Translations under genes and position numbers: made by a program
Assembly: GCA_963786105.1 (NCBI GenBank)
Contig: CAWAXX010000012.1
Span: 128,001 to 192,000, forward strand
From: Vulcanimicrobiota bacterium
Lineage (GTDB): Bacteria > Vulcanimicrobiota > Vulcanimicrobiia > Vulcanimicrobiales > Vulcanimicrobiaceae
Length of the DNA stretch: 64,000 nt
Reading direction: 5' to 3'
Notes under the pieces: model-generated
What the model saw: the letters and a program-made list of their open reading frames with translations, nothing else
What the model was told of the DNA's origin: nothing
Database searches by the model: none
Shown: positions 60,509 through 64,000 of the stretch, piece by piece
Numbering within the stretch: position 1 is the stretch's first letter
Layout of the letters: every line of letters begins with the position of its first letter

Positions 60509-61064
60509 TGGTGGGTTCCTCCAATTTGTGGGTAAATTTCGGCGGGCCGGTTGGCGTCGCGCGGGGCGCCAAAATCATGAACATGTTTCGTCCTTCGAGT
60601 CGAGGCTCGCGTTCGATCGTGGCCAACGGCGTCATGTCTTCGGCCATCCGGTCGAGCAACCGACGTCCGAACGAGGTATACGTAATTTCGCGTCCGCGGA
60701 ACATAATCGTCACTTTGATCTTGCTTCCGTCGAGCAATAGCCGCTCGGCCATCCGCGCTTTCGTCTCGTAGTCGTGCGTCTCGATCTTCGGACGCAGCTT
60801 GACCTCTTTCAGTTCGAAGTGGCGTTGCTTCTTCCGAGCGTCTTTGTCTTTCTTCGACTGCTCGTACTTCAAACGGCCGTAGTCGGCGATCTTGCATACC
60901 GGCGGCTGGGCCGTCGGCGAGACTTCGATCAGGTCGAGTCCAGCCGCGCGCGCTCGTGCCAGCGCATCTTCAGTCGGCAGAATCCCGAGTTGTTCGCCGT
61001 TTTCGTCGATCACGCGGACCGAGCGAATGCGGATTTGATCGTTAACGCGGAGCGGTCGTGCTAT
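60501..61064 (-). CDS. infC: Translation initiation factor IF-3, probable non-canonical ATA start
   Basis: VNDQIR, LDLIEVSP..PPVCKI.DYG, KEVKLRP and FRGRE motifs; GGGGAG RBS 7 nt upstream of in-frame ATA 61064. Confidence 0.95.
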   Translation of the reverse strand: MARPLRVNDQIRIRSVRVIDENGEQLGILPTEDALARARAAGLDLIEVSPTAQPPVCKIADYGRLKYEQSKKDKDARKKQRHFELKEVKLRPKIETHDYETKARMAERLLLDGSKIKVTIMFRGREITYTSFGRRLLDRMAEDMTPLATIEREPRLEGRNMFMILAPRATPTGPPKFTHKLEEPTSA

Positions 61065-61159
61065 GGCATATCTCCCCAAAAAACTTCGTTTTTCGGGGGC
61101 CCCCGGTTTGTAAGGCACTCCGCGTTACCGCTGCGTGCCCCCGCTTCGCGGGTCCCCAG

Positions 61160-61270
61160 AAAAAACAAAAATGGCGCTGCCGGAGCAGCCCCACTGCGCG
61201 GAACCGGCCGACGGTCCCTCGAGTGAAGACCGGATCGCCCGCAGGCATCCGGTGAGCGCCCAAGCTTCGC
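61160..61270 (-). ncRNA. Probable L20 ribosomal protein leader / attenuator upstream of infC-rpmI-rplT
   Basis: Minus strand GAAGC..GCGCTCACC ... GTGGGGCTGC-tccg-GCAGCGCC-ATTTTTGTTTTTT terminator-like end; position matches known L20 leaders; TTGACA at 61324-61329 upstream. Confidence 0.55.
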
Positions 61271-61353
61271 AGCTCGGGGTCGCTACTTCGGCTCGCCGAG
61301 CATATCACGTGCGGCGGGGGGAATGTCAACGCCGAGGCGCGCAGGAGCGCCGG

Positions 61354-61812
61354 ATGCCTGCTGAGATCCGGCCGGGCGAACTGGGCGACGCAGCCTTCTT
61401 TGCCGAGGCGTGGCGAGCGATGCTCGAGGAGCTCGACCTGGCTCCCGGCGGTCTCGTTCCCGACTGGCGGGAGCGCCTGACCGAGCATTTTTCCACCGGA
61501 ATCGCGGACGGTTCGCAAGGCTGGCAGGTCGCGACCCTCGGCTCGGAGCTTATCGGGACCGCGGCCGCGTTCGTGCGCTCGTCCGTCGTGAGCGACGTGC
61601 AGCGCCGCCGCAGCGCGGTGCTGGCTGGCGTGTACGTGCTTCCGGCCTACCGCCGCGGGGGTGTAGCCCGACGGCTGGTTACGTCGACCATCGCGTGGTG
61701 CCGGAAACGCGGATGCACCGAAATCCGATTGCAGGCGTCGAATGCCGCCGAGCCGCTGTATCGCGCGCTGGGATTCGAGGATGCCTCCGGATTCGTTTTG
61801 AAGATCGAGTAA
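61354..61812 (+). CDS. GNAT family N-acetyltransferase
   Basis: VYVLPAYRRGGVA acetyl-CoA motif and LYRALGF; AGGAG RBS before ATG 61354. Confidence 0.88.
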   Translation: MPAEIRPGELGDAAFFAEAWRAMLEELDLAPGGLVPDWRERLTEHFSTGIADGSQGWQVATLGSELIGTAAAFVRSSVVSDVQRRRSAVLAGVYVLPAYRRGGVARRLVTSTIAWCRKRGCTEIRLQASNAAEPLYRALGFEDASGFVLKIE

Positions 61813-63687
61813 ATGCGAAGGCTGCTTTCATTCTGGGCGCTCGCCGTCGTTGCAGGCGCGATTTTTTTTGTTCTGCATTCTGCCTGCGGGCGCGCCGCCG
61901 ACGAGCCGATCGTCTTACTGCTCGACGCGTCTAAAGCGCCGGCACAGAACGTCGTGTTTACGCGCGAGACGATTCCAGTAAAGCCGGGGAAGCTGGTACT
62001 GTACTATCCAGAGTGGATTCCAGGTCAACACCAGCCAGTCGGTCCTATTGCGAACTTCGCCGGGCTGACGATCACGGCCGGCGGCGCGGCGTTGGCGTGG
62101 CAGCGGGAGCCGCGCGATCTGTTCGCGTTTGACGTCGACGTGCCGCCTGGCGTCACGTCGATCGACGTTGCGGCGACGTATCTCGGGGCGACGTTCGGTC
62201 GCTATTCGTCGTCGCGCTTGGCGACGCCGAACATGTTGGTAATAACCTGGGATCAAAACCTGTTGTATCCGTCGACCGGTACGATTCAGAGCACGAAGTT
62301 CAAGCCTTCGATCGTGCTGCCGGGAGGCGACTGGCAGTTTGCCACCGCGTTGACCGGCGGCCGCCGCAACGGTAACGTCGTGGCGTTCGACGACGTTTCG
62401 CTCGAGCATTTGATCGATTCGCCGCTCGATGCCGGCGTGAACTTCAAACGCTGGCTTCTGTGGCAGGGTGATGGCGCGCAAGCCTATCTCAACGCCGTCG
62501 CGGACACCTCCGCGGAGCTGGCTGCGAGTCCCACGACGATCGATCGATACGGAAAACTCGTGCGCGAGATGCTGGCGATGTACGGCGCCCGGCACTGGCG
62601 CGACTACAACTTCTTGCTTACGCTCTCGGACGCAATGCCGGGAGAAGGCATCGAGCACCACGAGTCGAGCGATGACGGCGCAGGCGGCGACTACCTCACG
62701 AACTTGGAATCGCTCGATCGCGGGGCAGACTTACTCTCGCACGAGTTCAATCATTCGTGGGACGGAAAGTACCGAATGCCGGACGCCCTCTATCCACCGA
62801 ACCTTCAGATTGCGTACGACGATTCGCTGCTGTGGGTCTACGAAGGCATGACGCAGTACTACGGCAACGTCATGTCGTGGCGCGACGCCATTCGAAAATC
62901 GGAAACGTATCCCGATCACATCGCCGCGGTGTACGCGTACTACGACAATCAGCCTGGGCGCCGCTGGCGCTCGCTCGGTGACACGGCGGTTTCCGGTCCG
63001 TTCATCTATTCCGCACCGCGGGGTTACGGAGCCGAACGGCGCGGCGAGGACTTTTATTCCGAAGCGGAGTTGATGTGGCTCAAGGCCGATAGCGTGATTC
63101 GCGAGACAAGCGGCAACCGAAAGTCGCTCGACACGTTTGCGCGTGCGTTTTTCGGCGGTGAAAATACCGGACCGATCGTCGTCACATACAACCGCCAAGA
63201 CGTGATCGCCGGCTTAAACGCCGTCGTCCCCTTCGATTGGTCCGGGTTCTTCCACACGTGGGTGGACGAAATCGCGCTCCATCCGCCCGACGGGTTTACG
63301 GCTGAAGGCTGGAAACTCGTCTATACCGAGCAGCCTTCGCATTGGGTGCGCAAGGACAACTTTTGGTATTCGGTCGGTTTTTCGGTCCGTGATGGAACGG
63401 TGACCGACGTGCGGGAAGGGTCGCCGGCTTGGAATGCCAGCCTCGGTATCGATACGAAGCTGGTCGCGGTGAATGGGCGGGCGTACTCGAGCGATATTTT
63501 TTTCGACGCGCTTGCGGACGCCGCGAAAACGCACTCTCCCGTCGGACTGCTCGTGCAACATGGCAACGTCTACCGGACGATTTCGATTCCGTACTACGAC
63601 GGGCCCCGTTACCCGCACCTCGTGCGCATCGAAGGCGCGCCGGACCGGCTGTCGGAAGTAATTAAGCCGCGCGCTTCGGAGCGCTAG
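61813..63687 (+). CDS. M61 family metallopeptidase with C-terminal PDZ
   Basis: Signal peptide; WIPG, IEHHES, HEFNH, WVYEGMTQYY and GSPAWNASL..AVNG motifs. Confidence 0.9.
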   Translation: MRRLLSFWALAVVAGAIFFVLHSACGRAADEPIVLLLDASKAPAQNVVFTRETIPVKPGKLVLYYPEWIPGQHQPVGPIANFAGLTITAGGAALAWQREPRDLFAFDVDVPPGVTSIDVAATYLGATFGRYSSSRLATPNMLVITWDQNLLYPSTGTIQSTKFKPSIVLPGGDWQFATALTGGRRNGNVVAFDDVSLEHLIDSPLDAGVNFKRWLLWQGDGAQAYLNAVADTSAELAASPTTIDRYGKLVREMLAMYGARHWRDYNFLLTLSDAMPGEGIEHHESSDDGAGGDYLTNLESLDRGADLLSHEFNHSWDGKYRMPDALYPPNLQIAYDDSLLWVYEGMTQYYGNVMSWRDAIRKSETYPDHIAAVYAYYDNQPGRRWRSLGDTAVSGPFIYSAPRGYGAERRGEDFYSEAELMWLKADSVIRETSGNRKSLDTFARAFFGGENTGPIVVTYNRQDVIAGLNAVVPFDWSGFFHTWVDEIALHPPDGFTAEGWKLVYTEQPSHWVRKDNFWYSVGFSVRDGTVTDVREGSPAWNASLGIDTKLVAVNGRAYSSDIFFDALADAAKTHSPVGLLVQHGNVYRTISIPYYDGPRYPHLVRIEGAPDRLSEVIKPRASER

Positions 63688-64000
63688 AGGGATTCCATCG
63701 CGTCGCGGAAGCGCTCCAAGAAATAGTCGATGGCGGTATCGTCGATTACCAGCGGCGGCGCAATGCGCAGGACCATCTCTTGGGTATCTTTGGCGGCGAC
63801 GCCGCGCGCGAGCAAGGCGTCCGAGACGCGGCGCGCCGGAATCGAAAGCTCGATTCCGATCAAAAGGCCGCGCCCGCGAATCTCCTTGACGAACGGCGAA
63901 GCAGTCGCGCGCAAGCCTTGCATGATTTTCGCGCCCGCGTAGCGCGCTCTCGAGGCGAGCTTCTCGTCGACGATCACGTCGATGGCCGCTTCGGCAACGG
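63684..64000 (-). CDS. Class III aminotransferase (ornithine aminotransferase-like), C-terminal fragment
   Basis: EIRGRGLLIGIE and AKDTQEMVLRIAPPLVI; truncated by the window end. Confidence 0.8.
   Translation of the reverse strand, partial: VAEAAIDVIVDEKLASRARYAGAKIMQGLRATASPFVKEIRGRGLLIGIELSIPARRVSDALLARGVAAKDTQEMVLRIAPPLVIDDTAIDYFLERFRDAMESL

Overview
High-GC bacterial chromosome segment, tentatively Vulcanimicrobiota/Eremiobacterota-like (an inference from gene repertoire, not tested). It is mostly housekeeping: a dcw cluster (murE-murF-[CofE-like ligase]-mraY-murD-ftsW-murG-murC-murB-ddl), citrate synthase, hisA, alr, CIRCE-preceded groES-groEL and hsp20-lon, a 2-oxoacid:ferredoxin oxidoreductase pair, selD, pheS-pheT and infC-rpmI-rplT. 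Five loci stand out. (1) A lower-GC three-gene cassette at 40.8-43.1 kb encodes a membrane protein with a mucin-like (KPITPAPGTP)n tail, a glycosyltransferase with polypeptide-GalNAc-transferase-like DSH/WGxE motifs and a sulfotransferase, suggesting protein O-glycosylation plus sulfation. (2) A CofE/F420-ligase-like gene is translationally coupled between murF and mraY. (3) A three-ligase + GATase + esterase cluster lies at 45.5-50.6 kb. (4) An ECF sigma/anti-sigma pair is coupled to a beta-lactamase-fold protein that lacks its SxxK catalytic residues. (5) An unannotated 32-aa YqzL-like ORF and a terminator precede pheS. Two apparent single-base frameshifts in short homopolymers and one decayed Ig-like pseudogene were also seen. 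No rRNA, tRNA, CRISPR array or transposase was recognised. All calls are by eye, without database searches.
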